From the NCBI GenBank assembly GCA_001179505.1, contig CDMY01000869.1, forward strand, positions 62,001-126,000: a stretch of DNA of 64,000 nt. Direction: 5' to 3'. The notes beneath the pieces are model-generated. The model worked only from the letters and a program-made list of their open reading frames with translations, was not told the origin of the DNA and did not search any database. The translations under genes were made by a program, and so were the position numbers. Within the stretch, counting starts at the first letter, position 1. Each line of letters opens with the position of its first letter. Positions 35,438 through 49,821 of the stretch are shown here, in pieces. The DNA is from Vitrella brassicaformis CCMP3155 (lineage: Eukaryota > Protista > Chromerida).

Positions 35438-38400
35438 TCACACGCTGAGCTGATCAATCTCCAGTGTATCCTTCCGCAGTGGCGGCAGGGGCTCTCTCGG
35501 CGGCGGGGGCTGCGACCCACGCAGCAGCCTTGCGGGAAACCAGCTCTTGGCCAGCCGGTCTCTCTCATCTGCCTCCTCCTTCTGACGCCTCTTCTCCTCG
35601 GCAACCTCAACAAGAAGTGTTCTCCACTGGTGGTGCCCTAGCACCTCCTGCCGAGAGAGGCCGGGGAAGTTGGTGGCGAAGACAGAGAGGTCCTGCTCGG
35701 TGATACGTGATCGTGACGCCTCACGGAGGCCCATCAAATAGGTCACATGAGGGTCGAAACACTGACCTGAATGAATGAATCAAGTGGGAGAGAACATGGG
35801 AGTGCAGCGTATGTGTTCATCGATTGATTGCGTTGTCCTCCCGTCCGTCCTTACCCCATGTAGCGTTCCACACTCGAGTGGCTCTGGCTTTCGCCTCGCC
35901 GGCTGGCATATGTCCCATGCTCTCGAGGCGCCGTCCTGCCCTCGACTGTGCCTCAGCAACCTCCACTGAGACGCCTAGCTTCTCCCCTATGTCGCTGAAG
36001 CACCGCTCCAGCTCGCCCCTCAAGTCGTCGGGGCTCTCATACTCGAGGGTCGTGTCCTGATCTCATACATATCCATCCGCATGCACATCCACACGCACAC
36101 AGGGCAATGCATGTCTCTGTCCTTGTCGGCGTGTGTGCATACATCTGCGATGTCTCTGAGCCGCGGCACCGCCTCGCGCAGGCACTCATCCTGGGCCTCC
36201 ACGTGGCCCTTCTGAAAGAGATGCTCGGCTGCCTTGGCGGGCGTGAGCGTCCGCAGGGTGGGGCACGACACGAGACACAACAGCTGACAGACAAGGGGGG
36301 GGAGGGAGGCCATGCAGGCAGGCGGACGTTGATTTGTGCACTGGCCGCCGTCCTTGCTTCGTGTATGTGTGTGTGTACCTGTGCGACGGCCTCTGCGGGG
36401 AATGGTGCGTACTGCACACATGTATGGAAGTGGGCGATGTCCTCATCCGTCAGCAGTCGCATGTCCTCCTCTAAGCCCAACTGACATTACAACCACCCAC
36501 AAGACAGACACCAATCGCCGTGTGCCACGGCCACCTTTGGTGAATCACCTCTGGCTCTCCATGCGCTTCAGCTTTGCCGCACAGCCATGTTAGAACCGAC
36601 CCAACCACAGTCTTGAGGGACAAGAGCAGAAACACCAGTGCCACGGCCAAGTAAGCCACCAGGACAGCCACAGCAGCCCCAACACAGCCCGACTGTACAA
36701 GTATTCCAACCATGAGAAAAAGCGACACAGCGACGGGCGGGGGACCTGATTCTCCGGGGTGGCGTAGTGCGCCGCAAGGAAGCCCCACGAGGCGACGAGC
36801 ACAGCAAATAGCCCGGCATTCTCAAGCTGATTCAATGTCGCCCACCTGCAATCAATGCAAAGTGGCCACACGTACTCATCTCGAGACATCATGCCATGCA
36901 GCCACACACCTTGGCTCAGCAGCTGGCCTTACCTGTTTGTCCACAGTGTGTCGTCAAACGGTCTGCACACCGACTGCACCCCGAACACCAGCGCACAGGC
37001 CAGCACCATCACCACGAGCTTCCCGCCCCTGTCCGCATAATAAAGAGCACACAGAAAAGTGAAAACCCACACCTGAACACGCACGACGTACGTATAAGCG
37101 GTCGTCTTCACACTCCCCGACCCCCGTCCACAGGCATGCACCTGAATATGGCCCATGCCTCCCACATGTAGAATCTCGGCTGGTAGCCCATCATGAGGTA
37201 CCCCAGGGCCCGCCTGTACCGCGGCCGGTGCCTTGCTCGCCCCACGAGGCCCATGCTGACGGACACGACGGTGGGGAAAGCGACGGTGTATGCGAGTACG
37301 CCTGGTGTGGCGAAGGATGCGATGAGGTGGAGGTGACGGTCCTCGCCGCAGAATATGTCGGGGTCGGCCACCAGCCGATGGCGGCCGTCGGCAAACTCTC
37401 TGTATTCACAGAGACGACGGACACACAGATGGATGTGCCGTGCCAATGATGGGCTTGCGTGTATGTGTGCGTGGATTGGCCTCGATGTACCTACCTGCAT
37501 TGCCATGCGAGTGAGTAGTATCGCGTCGCAGGGCTGTAGCACAGATACAGCCACACAAGGCTGGATAACACGAAGGAGCCTGTAGGGCCAACAGAGAAAA
37601 AAAGAGAGTGAAGGCTGTTCTGTCTCCACATTTAATTTTGCCATACATACAAGTGACATTTCTGGCGAGTTCCTTGATGCTGATGGCACCATGGTACTGT
37701 CTGTACACCCGCACGCCCACATAGTACGCCAGCCACCCAACCACAATGACGCCCAGGCCAGCGAAAGGGGCAATCACCAATACGCGCAGATGGATGCCGT
37801 ACGCTGAGGGGCTGCAGGCAACAACGCAACAAGCAGCGATATGCATATCAGATGCATTCATGGGTGCGCCTGACGTGCTGGTTTGGTCGACCGCCTCTTG
37901 GCCCGGCCGCTCGTCGATGGCCTGGGTCTCGTTAGATCCCGTCTGCAGCCGACAGATGCCTTCAGTAATTTCCCTCTCGGTCAACGGGGCATTGGCGAGA
38001 CAGTCCCAGGCCATGGGCCACTAACACAGACACACAGGGAGGGAGACACCACACATAGGCTCGCTCATGGAATCTACCTGTGTGTGTGTGTGGCCCTACC
38101 TCCTGTCCGAAGGGAATGTTGCTGTGGGCGTAGCGGATGGAGGACGACACCATGGCGACATTCTCCTCGGTGGCAAAGGGAGGATCGTATCTGGGTGCAT
38201 GAAAAGATGGATGGATGGAGACATACAACCAGCGGTCGATCGATTGACTGGCTGAGTCAGTCGGTGAGGGAATGAGCGAATCGTCCGGCTTACGCGATGC
38301 AGGCCGCGAGTGTGAGGACATGGAAGATGATCCGCAGCTGGATCAGCCAGATGTGGAACTGCATAAAGACGACATACATGCATGGCGTGGATGGGTGGGT

Positions 38401-39679
38401 GCGCTCGTGTGTCGCCTCTTGAGTCAGTCACCTCCAGCTTCTTGGGCGTGGGCTCTATGTGGATGATGGTCACCAGGTAGGTGACTCCACCGACATACAA
38501 TATCACTACTGCCAAAGGAGGCGGACAGAACGGAACAACAGGCTACAACGTGTGATGGATGCGCTCAGACCGTGTGTGTGTTGGTCACTGACCTACCTCA
38601 CCGAGAGCGAATCCGACAGCCCCCGCCACCCTATCGGCCGTCCCGGGGCAGCTCTGGCACAGACCATCCGACGAGTACCTCCTCGTCAAACCAGCCTCGC
38701 AGTTGAAACACAACACTCCTGACACACACACACGCGTCAAGTCAACACACCCTCATTGCCCCAGCAGGCTGGCATCGTGAAACGCTGGCTGACCTTGGTG
38801 CTCCGGCATGCATTGTGAGCACTGCATGCAGGTCTCGTGGATGGGGCACCGCTCGTACGCAATGGGGTGGACGGTATCGTTGACACTCAAGGGATCGACC
38901 ACAGAGTACCAGCCCCCACCGGACAACACGGGGTCTGTCTGTCACGTCACCAAGCAGGAGACAGACATCTCAAACCACGACAAGAGCGTCCAGCCCACTC
39001 AGCCCCACCTTGCACAGCGGCGTGGTGGATGCATTGGCGGGTCCGGGACAGTATACGTCCCCCTTGCACGGCTTACATCCGCCCTCCTGCCCCTCCTTAC
39101 GGAAACCCGCCAGGCACCGGCACGAGGAGACCATTCGGCTTCCAACCTCATCCAGGGTGGCAGAGTGAGGGGGACACTGACAATTGACAGACAACACAGA
39201 ACAAAGACCAAAGCAGCACCGACAACCATCGAGGCATTCTTATGTAGGGCCCCTCTTTGCTGACACCTCACCGGAAGACACTCGACCGACGCGTAGCCTG
39301 GAGCGTACGTGTCGGCAGGGCATGGCTCGCAAGCACTCCGAGATGTGTTTGAGAAGGTGCCAGGAGAGCAGGGGCTGCATGGGCCAGCCACCAAAGGAGG
39401 CGGCGGGCCGCCGGCAATGGGAGGAATCGATGTGACTGAATCGTTGGCCAGCCGCTCAGTGTAGCCGGGCGGACACTCGGTCGCCGCTGCCGTCTGGAGG
39501 AACCGGGGCAGCCAGACTGTTGCCTTGGAATGAGTCCCTCCCTCTTCCACATGCGTCGGCCACCCATCCATGATTCCATAGAGTTGCCAGGCTGAGGGCC
39601 ACTCTGGCGAGGCTCCCCCAACACACAGGGACACCAAGCAAGCAGCAACCAGCAGCAAGCACGCCTCAATTGGGAGCAT
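35438..39679 (-). CDS. Multipass membrane protein with extracellular ephrin-receptor-like (GCC2/GCC3-type) Cys repeats; CRMP-like
   Basis: Signal peptide MLPIEACLLLVAACLVSLCVGG. Repeats CSPCSPGTFS...CEPCPADTYA and CRCLAGF...CKPCKGDVYCPG, then GVLCFNCEAG. TM region contains LVADPDIFC, LGYLMMGYQPRFYMWE and LNQLENAGL. Probable cytosolic tail to 35438. Confidence 0.75.
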
Positions 39680-39746
39680 TCTCTTGACTGTTTGGCGCAA
39701 CGGCCGTTTGTGCGAGCTTAGCTGCAGGGCTGCTTTCCCCCCAGTC

Positions 39747-40613
39747 ATGTTGCCGCTCGTTGTGCCGTTCATCTTGGCCTGCCTGAGCCACACTGATGCA
39801 TTCACTTGGAGATCTCCCGTTTCGTGGCATCATGATGCGAGGCGGTCTGCGGCGCGGCCTCTGCAGGCGTCTCTGCGGGGGTTGCAGCAGATCGATGCCA
39901 CGCTGAGGCTCAAAGAGGGGGTCCAGGAGGTGCTCACGGACCTCCTTTCTCAGGAGAAGATGACCAGCGAGGTACGAGGGAGGCACATGGTGGGTCACAC
40001 ATCCTTAAGATGAGATGCGCAATTTTTTTGGATGTGAGCGTTTCCTTCCCTCAGGTGTGCCAGGTGACAACGGCTGAGTCGGCAGAGTTCACCGGTGGGC
40101 ACTTACACACAGCAGCGAACTCTCGCGGACAGATCTTCCGTTGGTTGCCTCTCATGTGTTCTTGATTGAGGTATTCAGGACTGCTGTTTGAGCCTCAGCC
40201 ATACAGCATATCGACTCGCCACGGGATGCCGCAGGAGATGGAGCACTACCATTTCGACCCATCCTACGCCATCGTCACCGTCCCCGCCACCATTATGTTC
40301 AAGGCCAAGTGCCTCAGCCCATCACGACTGTGTGCCGTCTTCAAGGTCAGCGAGTGTGTCTTAAAACAGGAGGGGAGCAAGCGATTGATTGATTGTGGGT
40401 CTCTGGGTGCAGGTGTCTGGCGTGAAGGACCTCAGCAAGGTGACGCCAAAGACTTCTTCGCTATCGTCGCTTGAGCAGCCTCCTGCGACAGCCGGACAAG
40501 ACAGGAAGGTGGTTGATGTTGATGAGAGTGACAGTGGTGGGTTGCCATGGGCGTCTGACGAGGGGGACGAGGCCTTGCTTGATGATCTTACCGTGCCCTA
40601 CACGGTGAAATGA
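39747..40613 (+). CDS. Unknown protein of about 200 aa with bipartite plastid-targeting leader; 4 exons
   Basis: MLPLVVPFILACLSHTDA-F followed by an Arg/Ser-rich transit-like stretch. Clean GT-AG splicing to TGA 40611-40613. Confidence 0.7.
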
Positions 40614-41304
40614 GGAGGGCGGGCTGATTGACGGCAGAATGCATTTATGTAGTACGTACGGCAGACGAGCCGAGACGGTAAGATGTGTTCTGCCTGCGCT
40701 ATGTGGATCCCAACTGGGACGCATTCATTCACTGAGAGTCACACCTGTGTTCGTTATATAATGGTACACCCATGCATGCCTGCACGTCTGCATCATGGCA
40801 TGGCATCGCTTAAACTTCAACTCCAGCTTCACTCACTCACTCACTCAGATTGGAAAACGCACCACACCGCGGACAGACAGGGCAAGGAAGGAAAACGCAT
40901 TCGAATGTGTGTACCTAGCTACGTACACGCGCTTGTGTGTATGTTATGTGAGAAGGCTCGACTCACTCTCATTGCAATCTGTTTAGCACGGGAGGGAACA
41001 AAGGGCAGGCACAGGACGATGACTGACGTACGGGTGGGATGGATGGAGAAAAACGTGGAGGAAGAAAAGGCGAACAATGTATGTATGCATGGCTTCCTTC
41101 CTTACACTTCCATACAGCCTACCTAGCCCAGCCCCCCTCTACAGCTAGCTGACCTGACGACGATCTAAAGCCATACATCACCCACCCCAGCCAGCCCACA
41201 CACGCACCGTAGCCACACAGCCATGGATGTGATGCACCACATGACACACACACATTTAGCCAGCCTTTCCTGCAGATCACCAATCAGTCAGCCCAATCAG
41301 TCAG

Positions 41305-44300
41305 TCAGAGTAAGTGTCCCGGTTCGATCCGTCTGAGGGACCTCAGGAGCGTCTCGTACTTCTTCTGCTCCTTGTCGGCATGGCCGCCGCCGCTCTTGCG
41401 AGACACGAACTCGGCGTCGTTGGCGTCATCGCCCCCCTCCACCCACTTGTCCCGGACACGCATAATCTGCTCCTCCCATGTACCCTGATGGATGAATGGA
41501 TGAATGACCGGATGATCGGATGATTGGCTGGCTGGCTGCCCTACGTGCGTTGGTGACCTACCCGCAGAATGACGTGTTCCACATGCACCGTCCTGAGTGC
41601 GCCCACACGGTGCGCCCTCGATATCACCTGCTTCTCGACGTCTACACACAACACACACGGACTCGTACCGTACGTGTACAGAGAGAGTGACGCCACCAGA
41701 CAGGCATCATGCGTTCTGCCCTTCCTTACTGTAGTCGAGTACAGGGTCGAGGATGAATACGTGTGAGGCGCATGAGAGGTCCAGTCCGTGGCTGCCCAGC
41801 TCCACACTCAGCAGCAGCACAGACACCTCGGGACACGACGTGAACCGCTCTATGGCCACCTTGCGCTCGTTCGGCGGGGCCTGCATCAATCAAGGCACAC
41901 ACGACACGAGACAGACACGCAGTAGAAAGGATGGAGACATCGCTTAGCGAGAGGAAGGCCTGCCTGCCGTGTGCTGTGCTTTGTTGCCTGCCTGACTTAC
42001 CTTTGGATAGAACTTGGCACAAGCGATACCTTTCTCAGCAAGCACCGTCGCAGCACACCTGACGACAGCAAGCAACCAAGCCCACCCCACCACAGCACCG
42101 CCAGATCCACCCCCACCCGTTTGCTTCCTTCCTTCGTTTCCCACCCCTGGTCATCGTCTCCACTCACCACAGCTGTTCCCACACCTGGGACACTACCAGC
42201 AGCTTCGGCTTCCGCCTTTTCCAGTGCAGCCGCCTCAAATGTGCCAGAGGGCGGTTGTTGGGCCCCAGGTCGCCCTTCTCGGCCTCCCTCACGCACTCGA
42301 GGATCCGCCGCACCACGTAACGCAGCTTGGAGCTGTGCTCGATCCACGCACGCTCCACATCGTCCATCGGACCGTCACACGTCATCAAATCGGCCTGCTG
42401 GCTCAGCTGCTGCTGCTGCTGCTGGGTGGCCGAAGCTGATGCTGATGCTGAGGCGGGTGTGGATGTGGACCGCAGGATCTTGACCTCGATGGACTTGGCC
42501 GTGTCGTCAATGGTGGTGGACGGGGGGCTGGGCAGACACGAGAGGGCATCGGTGGATGAGGCGGCCGTCGACACCCCCTGGCTGCTGTGGGAGGGCGAGT
42601 GAACCAACGCAGATGCCGACGCCGATGCCGACGCGGACGACGATCCGCCACTCGTGAATGGCGACCCAGTGGTCACATCAGGGGAGCCGCTATCCAGCGA
42701 TACCAGCGCCATCCTCTCGGTCCCCGAGTCGTCGGAGGTGCGCTGCCTCGTGACGGCCCCCAGCCCCTCGCCCCCGTGATGGTGATGATGCTCCCTGCTG
42801 TCTTTGGCGCCCTTCAAGGTCTTCCTGTTGGTGTGGCCGCGGTTGGTGGTGCGGATCTGGGAGGGCTTCCGTGAGAAGGATATCTGGCCGCTGAACTTGA
42901 GCAGCAGCCGGCCCCTGCCGCTGGTGGCTGGGGGAACGGCCGGGAGGGGGGAGGACATCTCGTCGTCATCACCGGTTGGGTGGCCATGGTGCGTGTGGGG
43001 CGGGGGCGGCTGGATGGGCGGTGGGGGCATGGGGAGGGGCATTGGCATGGCGATGGCCTGCAGGGCCTGGGTCTGGGTCATGGTCATCATGTGCAGGGGG
43101 GGATGGCCCTGCTGGATGGCGCCGACCTGCTGACCCTGACCCTGCTGCTGTTGCTGTTGCTGCTGCTGCTGCTGCTGTGTGATCACCTCAGAGAGCCGAC
43201 CGATCTCGCGCTGCAAGAGAATATACACACACACACATAGACGTGGTGCAGATGGTCAAGAAAGTGGGTGGGCATCTTGACCATTGCGTTTTTGTTTCTC
43301 GAGAGGTATGCGGCCTTGACGACTCGTGGCGGCTCGGGTGTGTGTTCGATGGGCGGCTGCAGTCTGTCGAAGAAGTCAGCCTCGAAAGGGTTGGCCTCGC
43401 CGCACTCGGGCATCGGACACGTACGCTGCACTCCACGACGCAGCAGCTGACGGCACGGCATGCACACACCACACACACACACACACGAGACAGCAGACGA
43501 CAGACGATGCGGCGATGGTGCGTGGATGGGTGTGGGTGTGGGTGTGTATGTACCTACCTGGCCGGTGAGGGGGTCTCTCCGTGAGAGGCACTCGGTGCAG
43601 CTGAGGTGCAGGTGGGGACACGGCATGATCAGAGGGAACCGCACACGACCGTGGCCTGCACGCACACACACACACGGGGGGCAGATACATCCTCATCCTG
43701 CCGTTGTCTGTCTGTGTCTGTGTCAGTCTGTCTGTCTGTCTGTACATTTGTCGCATTGAAATGTCTGCCGCTCGTGGGAATTCACAGCCTCGCACATCTA
43801 CACACAAAAGAGGCAAGATAATCCATCCACACCGCCTCCCTCCCTCCCTGCAGGTCAGTCAGGTACCTACCTGTTCGATTCTGCGTAAGCTGTCCTCTGT
43901 GAATTGGTAAGGCGGCCTGAGCCAGCAGTACTGCGATGGTGGCGGGAGGGGCGGCAGGCCCGCCAAGGTCGCCGGCGACAGGTGGTGCACGAACTGACTC
44001 GGGTTCTTACGATCAAATGTCAGCTGCATGCACACACACGCCATACACAGCGACACATCACATGGGGTGTGCGTGCGTACTCTTTCGAGGGGATGTGTGG
44101 GTGTGTTGGATTGTGTGGTTGGTTGAAGCTTTGCTGCAGTGGTGCACTGCAGTGCACTGCATACCATGTAGATGGTTTCGCGTATGAAGTTTGGGTGTAT
44201 GTTGAGGTTGCTGTGGCTGGGGAAGGCGCACGCGTTGCGCAGATTCCATATCGCCTCGTCAGCACGCTTCCGGTTCGCTGAACCAGCAGAGCCACACAGC

Positions 44301-47300
44301 AACACACTGTCACTGCCGGCTGTGCTGTGTGCGTGTCTGTCTGCACACATAACATACCTGGGTGCAGCAGACTGTCTGGGTTGCTTCTCTCGTATAGTGT
44401 GCAGAAGAGGTTGCGCATGACGATCTCCACTATGTCGTTGTAGCTGTTGCGCTCAACCTACACACACACACGTGGTGTGGTGTATTGTGTTGCGTTGTCG
44501 TGCTCACCTCGTCCGGCGTGAGTTGAATCTCTGTTTGTTTGAGTGGTGGCAGAAACTGCACCTTGGCCTTGCAGTGCCGGATGACCACACCTCGCAGCGC
44601 CTGGTACAGACGGAACCCTCCAACCACCTCACCACGCTCAAACCTGTCACAAAAGGGTAGGAAAATAGTGCTGTGACCTTTTGGCGCGCTCTCTCTCTCA
44701 CTCTGTGTGAGTGTGTGTGTTTGTGTTTGAGTGCTGTGCTCTTACGGTCTTCTGATTTGCGCGACGAATGCGGGGAGTGGTTTGGTGTTTTGCTGTATGT
44801 ATGTGGCCTTGTCGAAGGGGACGGCCAGGGGATGTTTGAGGAACCAGAGGAGACTGCACAGACTCGTGAGCCCCTCCTTGGTGGCGCGGGGGTGGGGCGT
44901 CCCCGTCATGATCCACCTGATAGATAGGCACACACAACACAGAGAGGGAAAGGATCCTTCAACGCCTCTGTGTGTGTGTGTGTGTGTGTGTGTACCTCCG
45001 TTCGCAGACGAGTTCTCTGCAGAGGTCGGCATGGTGGGCCTCGACTGAGGAGCCCATGACGTGGCCCTCGTCTATCACCATCCGCAGCCAATACACACCC
45101 AACAGAGGCGACTGACGCCTGCACGCACACACACACACATAAACACACACACACACACACCCCGCCATGCACTCACTTATCGCTGTGTGCTCATGACATT
45201 TCCTTTCTCACACTCACCTGTCGAGATATTCCCTCTGCCTCAGCCGCGACATCCCCCTTTGCTGCTGCTGCTGAGTGGTAGGGCTCTCGTATTCGAGAGC
45301 ATGGTCGTCCCCCGTCACGTCTTCATCGACGTCCATATCCACATCACTCACGTCCCCCGACTGGTCGAACTCAGGCGCCATACAACCACTCGGCCACTGG
45401 ACGGGCACGTACAGGTCGTTGCCAGGGGTGGATGAGTCGATGACCGGCTGGGCGTGGCCGTCGGGCGACAGTGTGATGGGATGCATCAGGACCTGCTGCT
45501 GCACGGCGTGTGTGACGGCGGTCTTGCGTCTCTTAAGGCTGCGGGCGTGGGCGTGGTGGGCCCGCCGCTGGAGGGCCGCCTGCTGCCTCGCTCTGTCCCA
45601 CACGATCTGGTCCACCGAATTGGCCTCGGCCCTCTGGCCCACCTCCGGCACGGTGATGCGCTCGGGCGACGCCATGTCAGTCGAGTTGCGCTTGCGGACT
45701 CTCTCTGAGAAAGGAAAGACACACGGATTGACGGGGGAGGGTGTGCAGTGTCCGACGTACGTGCGTACCAGTGGTTTTGTGCGGGATGAAGTTCTGCTTT
45801 TTGCATTTTTTGTATTCGTGTGTGAGGACATTTTGGGCGATGATGACGAGGAGGCATGAGGCCAGCTCGAAGCGGCTGGGGATCCTGGCCTTGGTGCTGG
45901 CTATCACCAGGATACGATCTGATGGATGGATGGACGGACGCACAGACAGACAGACAGACAGACAGACAAGGGAGTGTGCCCGTGGTGTGTGTGAAATTCC
46001 CCTGTGTGTGTGTGCCTGACTCTGTGTGTGTACCTTTGAACATGTCCCCGAACCATTTCTTGACCTCCGCCACCCAGTGATCCACCATGTGGGGCGGCAC
46101 AACCTGTACGAAAACCCACACAGGGCAGCAACGCACATTCTGGCGTCTCGTCTCGTGTCCTCCCCCACCCTCCCCCCGCCCAAGCCTCTCGTCTCTCACC
46201 ACGAGTGTCGCCCTGGAGAGCACCAGGGGCAGCTCAGCACACCGCCGCAGAAGCATGCCGTCCTTGATAGTGCGGCTCACACCACCCACACCCACACCCC
46301 CACTGTTGATACCACCTCCATCGCCGTCGCGAGATCGCCCCCGGGTGCGCCGCTGCTGCTGCTGTTGTAGCTTGAGTCGTATGCTCCTCTGGCCCAGCGG
46401 CAGATCGTCGCTCCACTCATCCCCCTGACCCTGATCTGGGTCGGGGTCTGTCTGGTCGGCCATCATGGCCAATGCATTGGTGGGAGGGGAGGGAGAGGGG
46501 GAGGGGTCCGGGGAGGGGGTGAGCGCGGGGGTGGGCGCGGTGGCGACCATCATCCCTTCTGCCAGATGCTGCTGCAATGGAAATGGCAACGGCAGTGGCA
46601 AAGATGGCTGTGGCTGTGGCTGTGGTTGGGGGAGGGGGAGGGGGAGGGAAAGGGGAGGGAAAGAGGCAGCGCTTTCTCCTCCTCCTCCTGCTGCTGCTGG
46701 TGGTGGTGGTGGTAGTGCTGTTGCGGTACTCACGTCGATGTCTCGAGCATGCTGGGGAGTCTCGTCGCGTGACGAGTCGACAGCAGGCATAGACACGTCC
46801 CTGCCCGACTGCTCCCGGGACAACGGCGGCTTGGATGAAGTGCCGGGGCTTTTGCTGGGCGGTGAGAGAATGTCCGCCAGGGCCTCGATCTGCGGCGGTA
46901 GAGAGATCGATGCCGAGCCGGTCAGGGACGATATCTGAAGGCAAAACGAGACGCACACAGAGGTGGGGGATGGGCGTATCCCCCAGCCGTATTGCTCATG
47001 TCTGGCTGATCCGCTCACTGACCTGCCTGGCCCCCTCGAGTGCGCCATCAGGCATGACGAGCGTCACATTGCCGCCGTTCCAGTTCCATCGACACAGCGC
47101 CCTGTGCCACGAGGGCGGGCTCGTCAACGCTGCGTTGCGACCCCTCGACCGCTTCTTGGCCCCCTTGCCCGCCTTGCCGCCCCCACCACCGCCCCGCGTG
47201 TGTGTGGGGTGAAGGAGTGGGTTGCGATGGGGGTCCTCAAACGCACTGGGGGTGCCTGCAGACGGCAAACATCATGGTCGTACGGTGCTGGTGCTCGTGT

Positions 47301-49821
47301 GTCCTTTGTTTCTCAGCTACTGACTGACTGACCGTAGTCGACGAGTGTGGCGAAGACGTCGCTTGCAGGCATGTTGTAGGTGGGGTGGCCTGCAGGCCAC
47401 ACGCATACACACGCATACACATAGGATGCATGTGACGTGTGGTGCACACACAGGTGTGGTGTGTGGTGCATTCCCTCTGGCCTTGTGCGCACCGCACCGT
47501 CGGGTATCTGGGGCACCACGTTGACCGACTTGAGAATCAAACTCAGAATGCACACCGTCTTGCCAAGACCAGGCTGTCGATTAATGACGCATACCGTACA
47601 CACAGACAAATCAGTCAGCGCAGCGCATGTGCCAAATCAGTCAGTCAGCCAGCCACCCACCTCATCGCAGAAGAGCCCTCCTCTGGGCAGCTTGAGCACA
47701 TTGCCGTCGCCCCTTTCCCGCCAGCCCCCACTGACGCCCAGCAGCATCCACGAGGCGTCCTTGTTGGTGTGCCGGTTGATGTACAGCGACACACCCGTAC
47801 CCTCACACACATCGCCATCGCCACCATCGCCATCGCCCTCCTGCTGCGGCTCCTGGTGGTGGGTGCTCATACTGCGGGCGAGTGCGTGGCCGACAAGCGA
47901 CGGGTGGCTGGCACCGACGGCCGTGAGGGAGAGGGGGTACGCGTCTTCACCTTCTTGCACACCGTCTTCGGGCGGCAGCACCGGGTAGATCTGGTCAAAG
48001 AGCCTCTGGAAGATGGCCTCGCTCTCGCCCTCTCCTTGCTCATCACTACCACCCCCACCATGGGCGACGTGGGTGTGCCATTGTGGCCATATGGGCAGCT
48101 CCATCCACATGGCAGCGAAGCTCATGGGGTGGCCGGCGTGCTGGCAGAACCTGTAGCACTCGCCCATCGCCACCCCTACTCCGTCCGGCGACTGCTGCCG
48201 AGCTGCCCTCTCCCGGTTGCGGAGCCACAGCAGGCTGTGCTGCTGGTGAGCAAACAGGCCGCCCTTGACTGCCTGGGCGCTGCTTGGGTGAGGGGGCGTG
48301 GGAGGGGGCGTGGGGGTGGTGCTGGGACGGATGGGCTCGCCTCTGGGTGTGGCGGGGGGTGTGGGAGTGCTGGACGATGCGGGCGTCGCCTCCATGGGCA
48401 CGGGTGCGTGTCTTGAGGCCGCCGTGTGGTGTAGGTGTTGTGGCTGCATCTCGCTCTCTTCGCCGCGGACGAGGAGTGATGAGAGGTAGAGAGGGAGGCC
48501 GGGCACGATGCCCTCGGTGAGCGCAAAGCCGTCGCGACACGTCGACGCTGCACAGCACAGCACAGATGGTATGATGTAACGACATCACAACGCCCCGCAC
48601 CTCTTGCCCTACCTACCGGTTGCCTGCAGGCTGATGGAGTCGAGTGCCGAAAAAATGAGCCGCAGGTTGTCCTCTGGCAGCCGCAACACGTGGCCCACGG
48701 ACACCGGGGGATGGACAGATGCTGGTGGGGTGTGGGGGTGGGGGTGGGGGTGGGTGTCGATGTGGGCGGGGCCGCCTCCTCCCTGAGCATGGGGCTGTCG
48801 TGTGCCGCACAGCAGCCTGTCGGGCTTGTTGAAGGGCGCCATGTCGTCCTCGACGCGATCAAACAAATCAGACATCTCCTGTACAGACAGAGAGAGGCAT
48901 CCAGACAGACACAGAGAGATAGCGGAGTGTCATAGTGTTTGTGTGTGTGTGTGTGTGTGTGTATGTGTGTATGTGGCGTCTGTTGCCATTACCAGCTTGC
49001 CGAGCTCCTCTGTGTGCTCAAGGCAGCCTGCACACACACAGACACAGACATACATCCAACAACCGAGCACACAATACACACTGCATCCTTCCCTCCCTCC
49101 CTCCCTCCCTCCCTCCCGGTGTTGGCCAGGTCCCTCACTCACCAACAACGCCGCAAGTCGGTCTCTCCCCCGCCACGACAGCGCCATTGTTCCCCTGCCG
49201 CCTGGCGTTCAGGTCCCTCACATACTCGCGAAACTCACCGAACAGCCGCAGCTCCTCCTCAGCCCGCCGGTCACCCGCACTCTCACTCACACTCACGCCC
49301 TCACTCTTGATGGGTTTGAGGTGAGTGAACACAAACATCTCCTTCTCGCGCATCGGCGACCCCAGCTTGAATGAGAACCACCGGCTCAGGTTCATCCACA
49401 CATACACCTCAACGGCTGCATGGGCGGGGTCGGGATGGTGGCTATCCTGGAGGTCAGAGCCATCCGTTTCCTCAGTATCTGTCGGTGGCGCAGTGGAGGA
49501 GGTCGGCCTGACGATGAGTGCGTCGAGTCGGCGGCCATCGCAGATCGAGGCGAGTGCGCTGAGGAAGGGCGCCAGCTCACACGAGGCCAACTGAAGGAAG
49601 GTATCAAACAAACAGCACAGCCGAGGGGGAACAGGTGAGTGAGTGAATGGACACAGTAGCGTGAATTGCTTCTCTGTCTGTCCGTTTGTCTGTCTGTCTG
49701 TCTGCCTGGCCTGTGTGTGTACCTGTGGTTTGTGCGCAGACAGCCATCCGTCCGCCGCGGGGTAGTGGTAGCACTGTAGCCTCCCCACAGGCACCCACGC
49801 GTTCCTCCGCATCGAATGCAT
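41305..49821 (-). CDS. SNF2-family ATPase with N-terminal F-box-like motif and RING finger (Rad5/16-like group; At3g54460-type architecture)
   Basis: LPEDNLRLIFSALD...ASTCR (F-box-like), LFAHQQHSLLWLRNRE, GGLFCDE/PGLGKT (motif I), WLRMVIDEGH (motif II), WIMTGTP (motif III), PCPHLHLSCTEC...CPMPEC (RING-like), SSKL, GSHGLDLSCASHVFILDP and QVISRAHRVG (motif VI). Start codon uncertain. Confidence 0.88.
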
